DNA from: Azolla caroliniana
Lineage: Eukaryota > Plantae > Polypodiophyta
Direction of reading: 5' to 3'
NCBI GenBank assembly: GCA_043228905.1
Contig: JBHGNT010000001.1
Span: forward strand, 27,218,001 to 27,282,000
DNA length: 64,000 nucleotides
A model generated the notes under the pieces. The model was not told where the DNA came from and ran no database searches. It saw nothing but the letters and a program-made list of their open reading frames with translations. The position numbers and the translations under genes are program-made. Of the stretch, positions 46,301 to 58,083 are shown one piece after another. How positions within the stretch are numbered: position 1 is the first letter of the stretch; each line of letters opens with the position of its first letter.

Positions 46301-47619
46301 CTATATGAAGTGTTTTGCTCATAGAAGCTATTCTACATCTTGATTAATGATATTTTAAAATAAATCAATTACATAATATACTTTCGAGGAATTTTGGTTT
46401 ATTTTCTCTTATGTCATTTAGGAATTTTGTGTAGCATGCACATTTAAGTGCCAAACACGTACAAGATGATAAATCTTCGTGTAAACTTCAAGGGGTTTAT
46501 ATAGTAGAGGTCACCAACCTTAGGCTTTTCTCTCCAACCATAGATAGACATGGGAGCATTTAGGATCTTTGATACTGGAAGTCAAGGAGATTGGATGTTA
46601 TGGTTATCATTTGTGGGGACGGGGAGTTGTATTTGATGTCCCCAAAGTGTTGTTACGTCGAGTACTCTTCTTATTCAACAAAGTTATCTCACATTGAGGT
46701 CGTGTTGGGGGATTTGAGGTAACATGGACCACATGTTAATCACATTATAATGTTGTCAGGTCAATGGAGAGAAAATGTGCACAAAAAATGCAACATTTTC
46801 CCTCCCCTATCCATCTCTATCAATATAAACCCTTTTTGTTATTTTTTGTTTGATTATTATTCTATATTTTAAAATTTAGATAACCCTTGCATTAAGTAGT
46901 GGTTTAGTGAGGCAGTTAGTTAACTCTACGTATTCCCTCCCCGGTCATTATATTTTGCATCTTTGTTATTTCTTAAACGATGCTAGTGGTTCTTAATGAA
47001 TACGTTTTTATTCCTTTTCACTTATTAATCTTTTCCTCAAGTGTGTCCTTTGAGTGAGTGCAAGAGGAGGGGTTTGGAGATAATTATTTGTGTGTTATAG
47101 TGGGACGTAATGTAAGAAATCACCATCACAACCCACAAAAAACAAGGGTTAAGAGTGGTTGTCAACCACTCTCAAGTTTTCTAGTGAAGTGCTAGCCAAC
47201 TTCGGCAAAATACTCATTAATCTCTATATTACAGTTAACTCAATTAAGAGATAGTTATATTCAATCCCAAAGACTTAATTAAGAGGCTTATTAAGTTAAG
47301 AAAAAAGAAAATATGATAGGGTACTACACTATGCTTTGACCAAGTAAGTTAGTCTATACCAAAACAAGATATCACAAGTACTTAGGATAAAATACTTATG
47401 ACTATCTTAAGTACTTATGATAAACTAGATGCTTCTTCAAAATAACTAAGATAGAATAGAATTTCTTTTATCATTCACAAGGAGGCCAAATTCGACCCAT
47501 GGGAACGAATAAACACATCATCTTGTATATGGCTACTTACGAAGAAAGAGGTTACTACATTAGGGGGGGGGGGGGGGGGAGAGAGAGAGAGAGAGAGAGT
47601 TTTATAATGTAATTGGGAG

Positions 47620-48672
47620 TGACGTGAATACAAATATTTATCAAGAATTGGATGCTGATTTTGAAGAAGCTGAGGTGGAAAAGGTATTGTTACATCTTCG
47701 AAATGGTAAAAGCCCTGGCTTTGATGGTGCTACAAATGAAGTTTTTAAGAAGTATGCTAGCATGCTTAAGAGTCCATTCACACAAATGTTTCAACAATGT
47801 TGGGATTCTAGTTTCATGCCTGAGAGCTGGAAGGTGGGCTTAATCAAATTGATACCAAAGGTACCATCTCCGGAGTCATTTCATCAATGGAGGCCTATTT
47901 CATTGATGGGAGGGTTGTACAAAGTGTTTGCAAAGATATTATCCAACAGACTTAAGAAGTTCTTACCTCAACTTATTCATCCATCTCAATATGGTTTTAT
48001 TACAGGTAGAAATATATTGCATAATGTTTTGAATGTTCAAATGGCGATCGATTGTGCTCAACATACACATCAAGAAATGGTTATGGTGCAATTAGATTTG
48101 GAAAAAGCATATGATCATGTTAACTGGTCTTTCCTCTCAGGTGTGATGTATAATATGGGGTTTGGTCCTTGTATGTATCGACTTATCTTTTTGCTAGGGC
48201 AAAATGCAACCTCCCGTGTGATGCTTAATGGCGGAGTCACTCCGAAAGTGTTTCTTACTAGATCCATGCGGCAAGGATGTTCACTAAGCCCATTGTTATT
48301 TGCTATTGTTACACATCCTTTGTTAGTAATGTTGTCAAATCTTGCGGCCGGTGGTGATATTGTGGGTTTGCATCTTCCTTTTGGTGGACAATTGGTGGCA
48401 CAAGCATTGGCAGATGATTCTTTTATGTTTTTACAAGCCTCAAAAAATATATTTAAAAGGAGTATGCAAGTTTGGGATCAATTTGCTTTGGCTTCAGGGT
48501 TGTATATAAATTGGAGGAAGTCTCGCCTTATTTCTTGTACGGAGAGCGATTTGGAATGTTTGGGATTACGAGGGTCAATGATTGCAGGAGGTTCAATTTA
48601 TCGACATTTGGGTTTGTAAAGAATCAAGAGAAGGATTCTTGTGAAGCGGAAGAGATGTGAGTTATGTGTGTG

Positions 48673-48731
<59 letters not shown>

Positions 48732-50460
48732 CAGAGAATACGCAAGGTAAAAGTATATTGACAAAGGAGAAGGACTCAACATTATACAAGGTGGGAGGAG
48801 GGTGTTTATGTAGTCACCCTCTCTCTTCATTAACTACAAGCCTCATGGAGCATGGGGAATGTGAAAGCTCATAAGTTATGTGTCATAGAATATGATTCTA
48901 TGACTCATACTAAATGCTAGAATACAACGTGGTGACATAATGGTGACTCTTGACTGTTTGAGTGTCTCTTCACTCTCAAGGTGAGTTCACACACTAGACC
49001 AAGTTGAGCTTGATTCTCAACAGGGTTATCCATTGGGCATTGATGTTACAAATGTTCAATTGATTGGTTGGATTGGTAGTAAATTGAGGGACAAATTTAT
49101 GTATTAAAAGTCTCAATTATGACCCTTTCATGTACGACTCAAAGTGGTGCAATGTATCTTGATACCCATGTTATTATATTTTTTGCCTTTACTTCCTTGG
49201 ACTAAGAAGGCATTACAAAGCATGTTACAACCTATTCGGTTCATGTTGTGGCAGACGGGAGAAATGATGGGAGTTACATGGATTTCATGGGACCATTTGG
49301 CTACTCCTAAAAGGTTAGGTGGTGCAACAATATTGGATTTGGAAAGGCATTTGATGGCTCGTAGATTTACATTATTACAAGATATATGTCAACAAGATCA
49401 ACCATGGATATCTATGATGCAATATTTTATTGAGCATGAAGGATTGGTGCATGGGAAAACAAAGATTCAAGCATCATGGTGGTCACTACTGAATGGAAGT
49501 ATTCCCCCAAAGATTCGACATTCTGTATGTGGACAACATTTGGTAAGATCGTGGCAAGATGCATTATCTCTTTTTGAATGGGGACCATCAAGTGATCGAG
49601 AATATTGTAAATCATTACAAAACGAATTGCTTGTTTCTTCTCGAGTGTTGTTTTGGCATGGGAAAGAGATGTTGAGATCTCAATTCAATCGTTTATTTCG
49701 ATTGGGGATTGTACATTTGGAAGATGTGGTTGATAATGAATCTCAAAGGTTGTCGGATTTTGAAGATGCCAAGAGATGGTTATGTATTCCCCCAAATTAT
49801 GGATTTATTTGGGAGAAATTACATGATATACCATTGTTGCAAGGATCTTTGCCATTGAAAACCAAATTTGCACCTTGGGTAGATTGGCGGTTACAAGATG
49901 GTACACACTTGTTACAGTTCACTACAAATATATTGTATCATCATGTGATGGCATCATTATCTTGGCTATCTCCTAAAGCAACGAAGTTGTGGAATGTATA
50001 TAAGTCAGATATAAGGTGGTGGAAAATATTACAACGTGGTTGACATTCCCATCTACCATTTCGTGCAATGGTATTCATATGGAGAGTCATGATTGGTGGG
50101 CTCCCATTAGGTTCGGCCTTAAAGAGACGAGGACTAGGGTATGACACTTGTTTCTTTTGCACCGTTCCATTGGAGGATAGTACACATAGGTTCATTAAAT
50201 GTCCTATAGTGTGTACCATTCGTAAGTACTTATCGGACATTTGGCAAGTTTTAACCCGTTGTTGTTTGAGACCTCAACAATGGGTTTTTTCTCAATATGT
50301 TCAAAATGGATCAAATGATGAGATGGAGATATTGTTCCAATTTTTACGTTATTGGGGTCTACAACACAATTGGAATATGCGTAATGCTTTCATGTTTGAT
50401 AATAGACATGGGGTGAAAGCCTATATAAAGAAGCTTAAAGGTATTCTCATGTAGAATTTT
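47620..50460 (+). mobile_element. 5'-truncated L1-type LINE ORF2 (RT and zf-RVT), interrupted by a solo LTR
   Basis: KSPGFDG, WRPISL, YKVFAKILSNRLK, QYGFITGR, QLDLEKAYDHVNW, RQGCSLSPLLF, LADDS, HLGYPLG, PKRLGG, CFFCTVPLEDSTHRFIKC; several stops after the LTR. Confidence 0.95.
48615..49022 (-). mobile_element. Solo LTR (Copia-type family), 408 bp, with perfect 5-bp TSD GGGTT
   Basis: GGGTT(48610-14)-TGTAAAGAAT...TTGATTCTCAACA-GGGTT(49023-27); removing it restores LINE HLGYPLG. Confidence 0.92.
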
Positions 50461-50479
50461 TGGATGTTGAGCATGTGGG

Positions 50480-50618
<139 letters not shown>

Positions 50619-50630
50619 TATCTTAGTCAA

Positions 50631-51030
50631 ATGGATGATGGATGTAGCTCAGTTGGTAAGGTTGCCCAATGGAGACCAGGTGGTTATGGGTTCAACCCCT
50701 ACATTCCACAGGCATCTAGAGAAATAAGAGTATATGAAGAGAGAGAGAGTTTATTAGCTAGATGGATGATGGATGTAGCTCAGTTGGTAAGGTTGCCCAA
50801 TGGAGACCAGGTGGTCATGTGTTCAACCCCTACATTCCACAGTGGCATCTAGAGAAATAAGAGTATATGAAGAGAGAGAGAGAGAGTTTATTAGCCAGAT
50901 GGATGATGGATGTAGCTCAGTTGGTAAGGTTGCCCAATGGAGACCAGGTGGTCATGGGTTCAACCCCTATATTCCACAGTGGCATCTAGAGAAATAAGAG
51001 TATATGAAGTATAAAGAGAGTTTATTATTT
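50631..51030 (+). mobile_element. Three tandem tRNA-derived SINE-like units (~130-137 bp each)
   Basis: Units at 50631, 50761 and 50898, each with an A-box TAGCTCAGTTGG, a B-box G(G/T)GTTCAACCCC, GGATGTA/TACATTCC stem-like ends and a GA-rich tail. Confidence 0.8.
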
Positions 51031-52196
51031 TCTTTGAAGGTCAAATATGACTTAAACCAAAATATAACATTATCATACAAGACATCTAAAAGTGAGTAGT
51101 GACTACCAAACTTGTCTACGACAAAATGTCCATAGTAGACTAGCCTCATCGCCTATACCCTAACGTCCCATCTTAGATCAAAATAATAAAGAAGGCTTAC
51201 CACTTTAAGGTTACTTAAATGTCAAGAAGAGACTATACAAGACGTATACCAATGTCTTTTACAATTTTTACATAGCCATTGGGTGCTTCCTCACTGAGTT
51301 ATTTATCGTCGTGTTCCAACTTTTACATTATCTTCTCCATGGGTTTATTTCTTTATCTCTTTTTCTAGTGCAACACTTTTCCTTGATCTCCGACCAATGT
51401 TCAAGTTTTTACTTAATTGGTTAAAATGGTGGAAAATCATGAGGTCCCAACGTGATTAGCTATCCTTTAAGATTAACCTTGTCAATAAGTAGTGTCAACA
51501 AGAGCACCTGCCAAGGATTATTTAGGATGATCTAAGTTATTTATCTCCAAACCATGTTATATCATTTAGTAAACTAGAGTTATGTATCTCCTAATCATGT
51601 TATACCACTTAGTAAACTAGAGTTCATAGTTGTGTGATCATACTATAACATCTTAATTATAGGATTTCTATCTTTTTGTTCAAGGTTTGAGGGTTTCTAT
51701 AAATTCTATTATCCTTTAATAAATTTTGTTGTTTAAAACTCACAATTGTTTATTTTTTTAGTGTTGTTTGCTATGCACAAAGCAATCCTCAATTTGTATA
51801 ATGATCCCTCATGATTGAGAACCCTAATGGCTCCACCCAATGCACATGTCCCTCATGAATTCATGATGACATCAACACGTGGGTCGAAGAGGCTATCACA
51901 AAGAAAATAGCTCACATGATCTTGGATAACACAATGGTTGACATCATGGGCATCAATGATAAAGCCATCGACATCGCAATGATCATACTTAGTGAAACCA
52001 ACCACCCAATTGAGCTCCATCGCATACCTTTCACCACACTCAATGATACTTGGTTCCCATTCACAGCTAGTGAATTCTAGTACTACAAGTCAAAAAGTTT
52101 GATGTGTTTGAGGTTGTTGTTAATGGCAAGCCAAGAGTAAATATTGGTGGCAAGCACACTAGCCACTTCATGGGCCTCAACAATTAGATGGGTTTT

Positions 52197-52627
52197 TGTT
52201 AAGAATTAGGTAAGTAATTAAGCAAGGGTTAATTAGTACCTAATTATGTGATTAAGTTAAGCGAAAGATTGAGTGATATGTGTGTGAGAGGAAGAGAGAG
52301 AGAGAGATACACTTATGAACAACACAAGATGGGGGATGAGTAAGTATATTAAATTAGCATTATCATCATCAAATACAAAAATACCCACAATGAGGTATAT
52401 ATAGATCTCATGTGCAAAGGTGGACATGTGTAAGGATAATATGGGTACAAAAGTGTAAGTCCTATATTAAATGTACTTAGGAATGGAGAATCTAGAATAT
52501 CCCACTTAAGTACAAGGTCCTATTTAAGGCGTTATAGTCAACACTTCTAACTAGATTCTATCTAGGTAACTATGAAGTTACATGGTTGACTAACTAACTA
52601 AACTAAGTTGAGCTTGATCTCTCAACA
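52197..52627 (-). mobile_element. Solo LTR, 431 bp, related family
   Basis: TGTTAAGAAT...GTTGAGCTTGATCTCTCAACA flanked by GTTTT/GTTTC (TSD with one mismatch); same terminus as the other solo LTRs. Confidence 0.75.
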
Positions 52628-54208
52628 GTTTCCAATGGTAGATGGCAAGGAATCCTTGGTCCGATCACACCATTCATGCCACGAAAATCACCCTTCCATA
52701 TTCATGGTGACAAGTACCCCTTCCATGTATTGGTCATAGTCCTATGTTTAACCAATGCTAACACATATCCTATTTTAGCACAATTTCGGGATTTGGGTTT
52801 ATTCGCATAAGTAACATTCCACCATAGGTATGCATGCCACATGTAATTGAATGTCTGATGCGGCACATGTAATTCCGGTAACTTAAATTCATACAAGTAT
52901 GAAAGGAACTGATAAATCATGGGCGACACGATCCTGATAGTATTGTGTCGCATCGGACACATAATGGCCAGCCAAGTATGAAACGGACATCTTCGCAAAG
53001 CCCTAAGTAAACACTATAAACCTAATAGTACCATCCCTTCAGCCCAACCCTAACCCTAATTTGTAGATGCATTCTATACATAGTCGTCACTGCCCATACC
53101 AACAGACTTGAGCTACTGTACAAGGTGAAGATTGTGCTTCTATCTCTGCATGTTTCTCCTGCTGGCCTCATCTATTATGGCTGTAGCTCACATAAATTCT
53201 CGATTTTGGAAGCGTTATGGCTGGTTGTGAAATAAAAAACCTCTGATCTCTCCAGTTACCGCGCTTCCTACATTATGCAGAATTGCTGATCCCTTTGCCG
53301 TCTTTCCTATTACGTTGGCAAAGGTTCGTGTTTCCATGGCAGATTAATAACCGTATGTTGGGGATACGAGGGATTGGGATGTTTTCTGATTCTTGTTTGT
53401 TTTCTGCATAGTCCGATAATTCTTTGTCTCTTTTTTTCTTTTGTGTATGGTTTTGTTCTTGTCATTCTTCATAACTAGATATTTCTGATGGTTGTACTGC
53501 ATAAATAGGGATCACGGCTGTTGTGTAGGGCTGAAGGTGTTGTCGAAGTAAGAGTTTGAACAGGTTTTCGTAATATGATAGTCAAGTCCATGTGAAAGCC
53601 TTTATGTTAATTTGCACGGCACTAGAAATTATCAAGAGAAATTATGAACAGATCTATGCAAATGTGCTATTTAACGCATATTGCCCAGGAGACGTTTAAT
53701 CTGCCGAGATGTGTCTCTGCTTTCAAACTGAACGGAGTAGTAAGCAATCAAATTGTAGTAATCTTTAAAATCTAAATATTCTGTATCCCGCAGTATTCGA
53801 GAAATGTAAGGTGTCCTTGTAGAAGTTAATTATCCATGTTATGCTGGGAGAGGAAATGCCGGTGACTTGTCTAAGTTAAGATTAGTCGGAGTGGATAGTG
53901 CGTCATCGCAGTTTCTAATGACAGCCTCCAACTCTCGATGTAGGAGTATCTATCATACTAAATTAAGTAAAATCCCCTATCAAAATTTTTAAGGCAATCG
54001 CAATATGTCCGAATCGTTGATGGTTTATTCAGCTGTTGCAATTGACATCGCAAAATTCATAACATTTCTTCTCAATTTAGTGTGCGTAGTAGAAAATATG
54101 TTCACTAAATTCTACCCAGATGTGCAAACTACTCCTTGTAAGCAAATACCGGAAGCATGACAGCTGTAATAATTAGTAGTCAAATTAACAATATAATTGA
54201 AGGGTTGC

Positions 54209-54913
54209 TTATTTTAACTAGTGTACTATACCCACGGAGAAATTCATATATTACGAAAATTGTGAGAGATTAACGACAATAGAGTCTAAAACACGAGTGC
54301 ATGTTTCTCAACAGATATAATGTACCAATTGTTTGACGGGTTGATACATGATCCAAAATTGTGCAATCTTATTAACATCTGCAACATGAGATCCGGTCAA
54401 TTTAATGACATGATTAATGTGTTTATTTTAACTAGTGTACTGTACACACGGAAAAATTCATATATTATGAAAGTTGTGAGAGATTAACGACAATAGAGTC
54501 TAAAACACAAGTGCATGTTTCTCAACAGATATAATGTACCAATTGTTTGACGGGTTAGTACATGATTCAAAATTGTGCAATCTTGTTAACATCTGCAACA
54601 TGAGATCCTATCATTTTGGAGACTCAAGTTTAAAAAATGTATATCATTAACTGAAGCTGAAATTTAATGTGTTTATTTTAACTAGTGTACTGTACACACG
54701 GAAAAATTCATATATTATGAAAGTTGTGAGAGATTAACGACAATAGAGTCTAAAACACAAGTGCATGTTTCTCAACAGATATAATGTACCAATTGTTTGA
54801 CGGGTTAGTACATGATTCAAAATTGTGCAATCTTGTTAACATCTGCAACATGAGATCCTATCATTTTGGAGACTCAAGTTTAAAAAATGTATATCATTAA
54901 CTGAAGCTGAAAT
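54209..54913. repeat. Tandem repeat, 250-bp unit: two near-identical copies plus a diverged partial copy
   Basis: 54414-54663 and 54664-54913 are apparently identical; 54209-54394 is a diverged partial copy. Confidence 0.9.
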
Positions 54914-55426
54914 TAATAGCTGTCTGCTGACAGATGAGATTGTGATAACAAAGCATATTGCAGGGAGCTTGATTTGGACATATGATGTCTACTGTTGTAC
55001 TTGCTAATGGGTCACCAAAGTTACATGACGGATCTTAGCCATCACATCCTGCCTATAATTATGCAACAGTGGTGCCATCAATTATAGGACAGGATACACA
55101 CACAATAAGGGACAGGGTGAAGCTTGCCTTCATAGCATAGTATGTCTTCTTTGTAAAACATGATATACAGCTCACACCTCCAAATTTTACTTTGAATAAT
55201 AATTTTGCTTTGTATCCACATGTCGGACCCCCAAGTGAAGGACCTTCAATTGTGTAGCAATAACCAGAATTTACAATATACTTCTGTACATAGAGTCTTC
55301 TGATATTGCTCTTGCAAAGAGTTGCTTACATCTTTTTAAGAACAAAGCTTTCTCCTTTGATTTCCGCTGTAAATATGGAACTCTTTGGCAGGTGCCTGAA
55401 TAGGATGGGGCTAATGTGTTAGCATT

Positions 55427-56128
55427 CTATTTAACTAGACCAATTGAAATCGCATTTTCTAAAAAACAATACCTGTTATCAACATTTGAACTCTTTTTCT
55501 TTGCAAGCCTCCTCCTTTTGGTCCTACTCAAACATACACTGGTATCACATGTATCTGTTTCAGTGGCAAATTCTGCTTGTGGAGGAAGTTGGTACATCTC
55601 TTCTTCTAGTTCAAGCTTAGTATCTGGATTTGTTGGAATAGAGTCACAAAGTCTCTGTTTCTGTTCAATGGACACTGGTAAAAGAGGGCCAACAAATCTC
55701 TTGGCTTCTCCAGATTTCCCTATACTTTCTTTAAGTCTTTTTAGCTTTATTCTCTTCCGCTGCGATCTTGAGAGATATGACTTTGTTATTTCACGATCTA
55801 CATGCAACATAGCCTACAATTCATCAACAAGGCCAACAAATAGAAGCAAGAATGGTAGAGCAAACATGGCCTACCTTTACTATTGCAAACGTTTTGCATC
55901 ACAGTGGTATCTGACTCTATGGTATGTTTAGCTTCACGAGAAGAAGTTTCATTCCAAAGCATTTGAATAGATGGAAGAGCAGCCTGAATTGCTCTATGAT
56001 CCCAATCAGGAGGATTTATTTCAACCTGATTCAAGCAGAAGACAGATTATCACATTGCGATTCTACAAGTGGATAGATGGGGAATCACAGTGAAATAGTC
56101 TGTGTTTAATACCAGAAAAATTAACATC

Positions 56129-56170
<42 letters not shown>

Positions 56171-56264
56171 AAGTGGATAGATGGGGAATCACAGTGAAAT
56201 AGTCTGTGTTTAATACCAGAAATAGTCTCATAGGTCATATTTGACCTCCGAAGACGATAATATA

Positions 56265-56300
<36 letters not shown>

Positions 56301-58083
56301 GTGTTTCTCTTTAAGGCAGACAACACATTGAAGATCCGCAAATCCATACAAGATATTGCAACCCTTGTCTTATAGAATCAAGAAAAGAGGCAATCATTAG
56401 CCGTGAATTCTCCACGGAATGTTGATTTCACTTGAATACAATCAAGTCCAGCAACAACTAAGAAATGCAGAAACTATAAACAAAAGAAAGTAGAAGAACT
56501 CAGAAGAAATAATAATCGACAAAAAGAAGTACCAAAAGGGAGAGTATACAACCTCTTATATAAGATACCCCTGGAATCAAGTAAAAAACGTTTAAAGGAA
56601 TTAATGAAAAGTCAATGCAGATTTCTGTGAAGAAGAAATGCGTGGATTGCAAAAACAATTTACACTCAATGTGTACCAGAGGCATCTAGAACAACCACTA
56701 ACACAACATAACTTTGGAGGAAGACCCAACTTCAGAGAGAAACTCATCATATGGCCAGGGCCTTTAGTTATATAATATAAACATTTAACCAAAGCCCCAC
56801 AGATTGTTTTCATCAAAGGATGAAAAGAGTAATGAAAAGTCTAACTACTATACCATCATCAACAGTTCTGATTTTGCGAAACTATGTGACTGGAAATCAA
56901 TATATAGGCCAAGGAACACATTATCGTAGTTGTTGTCCATGCCAGTTTCAGACCTAAACTTTTACAGCAGATCTCTGTTGTTACTCCTGGGACACAATGG
57001 AGGAGGGTGGAATCAACATTTTATCATTGCCTTGTGGATTTCAAAAAATATCACGATTACTACCATTGAAAGGAGGGGACAGAGAACGTATGGCAAAACT
57101 TGGTGCATCCAAAGGATACCAAATCGGAATGGGATAGAACTAAAGTTTATGAGAATCCAAACAGATGTAGCCACATTGAAGGACATGGGGGCACATCACC
57201 TGCCTATCTTTCTGGGACTATTGGACAGGATAACACGAGTCCATGTTATAATCAGGTACACTGGAACCCACCACACAAAATAGAGAAGGGGCACCATTGC
57301 AGCTACATTAATGATAAATTACGATCAAGAAAATTACTGAGGTAAAGGTTGCACCCATTCCCAAGAATGTGGGATTGTATCATGTGGCATGTGTCATCAC
57401 ACTGATGCACACATATATCAAGTGGAAAAAGAGAGCATGCGGTCTATGTTGTTTCCTCGACTTTCTAGAAATAAACAAACGTGTCATTTTGGAATGCCTT
57501 GTATATGATGACATTTAGCATGACTTCTACAAAGTCACACAGAGTTATATTAGCTTTCATGGACTCCTAATAAGGCCAGAGTCATTGTTGACAAATGCTC
57601 TTTGCTCATCTATGTATTTGAACACAAAGCAAACTTATGGAAATTCCAGATATCGAAATTCAAAAAAAAAAAAAAAACTTAATGTTTTATTTCCAGCATT
57701 CATATGTATATTTAGTTTTCAACCGTTTCCAAATTCCCAGAGACCATGGCTATGGAGAGTACTGTGTAGCAATTGATTGGTCCCATGGGGTACAACCCTA
57801 CCCCGTATTCTCTTGGGTGGATTCTAATGTTTCATTACTGCACAAGACACGCACACATAGCCGAAAAGGGAACGAACAATTCCATGAGAGCATCATAAAA
57901 ACCGAAACCCTAAGATCTTTCTGTCAGAGGGTGGGCGCGCACCTGGATTTCGGGAGCCTTCAAGTTTTTCGGTGGTGAAGAAGGAGGGGGAGGGGGAGGA
58001 GAAGAAGAATCATCAAAGAGATTACGCAGAACTGCGGCCTGGAATCGAGCGTGGCGCTTCTTCAGTTGCGCTGCGTACGCCAT
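55427..58083 (-). CDS. Uncharacterised basic (probably nuclear) protein, ~220 aa; 3' end uncertain
   Basis: Exons 58083-57943, 56025-55875, 55797-55427 join in frame: MAYAAQLKKRHARFQAAVLRNLF..PPPP / LSRSQRKRIKLKRLKE..FVGPLLP..KRRRLAKKK. A possible alternative donor at 55473 would add further exons. Confidence 0.7.
56062..56222. repeat. 57-bp direct duplication flanking a (CT)n tract
   Basis: tctacaagtggatagatgggg...aataccagaaa at 56062-56118 and 56166-56222. Confidence 0.85.

Noticed and set aside
50640-50975. Functional tRNA genes or a CRISPR-like array
   Set aside because: No proper anticodon stem-loop; whole units repeat without unique spacers; eukaryotic context.
56930-57345. 117-aa and 81-aa ORFs in intron 1 of the minus-strand gene
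   Set aside because: No coherent protein; the third frame weakly resembles a LINE remnant.
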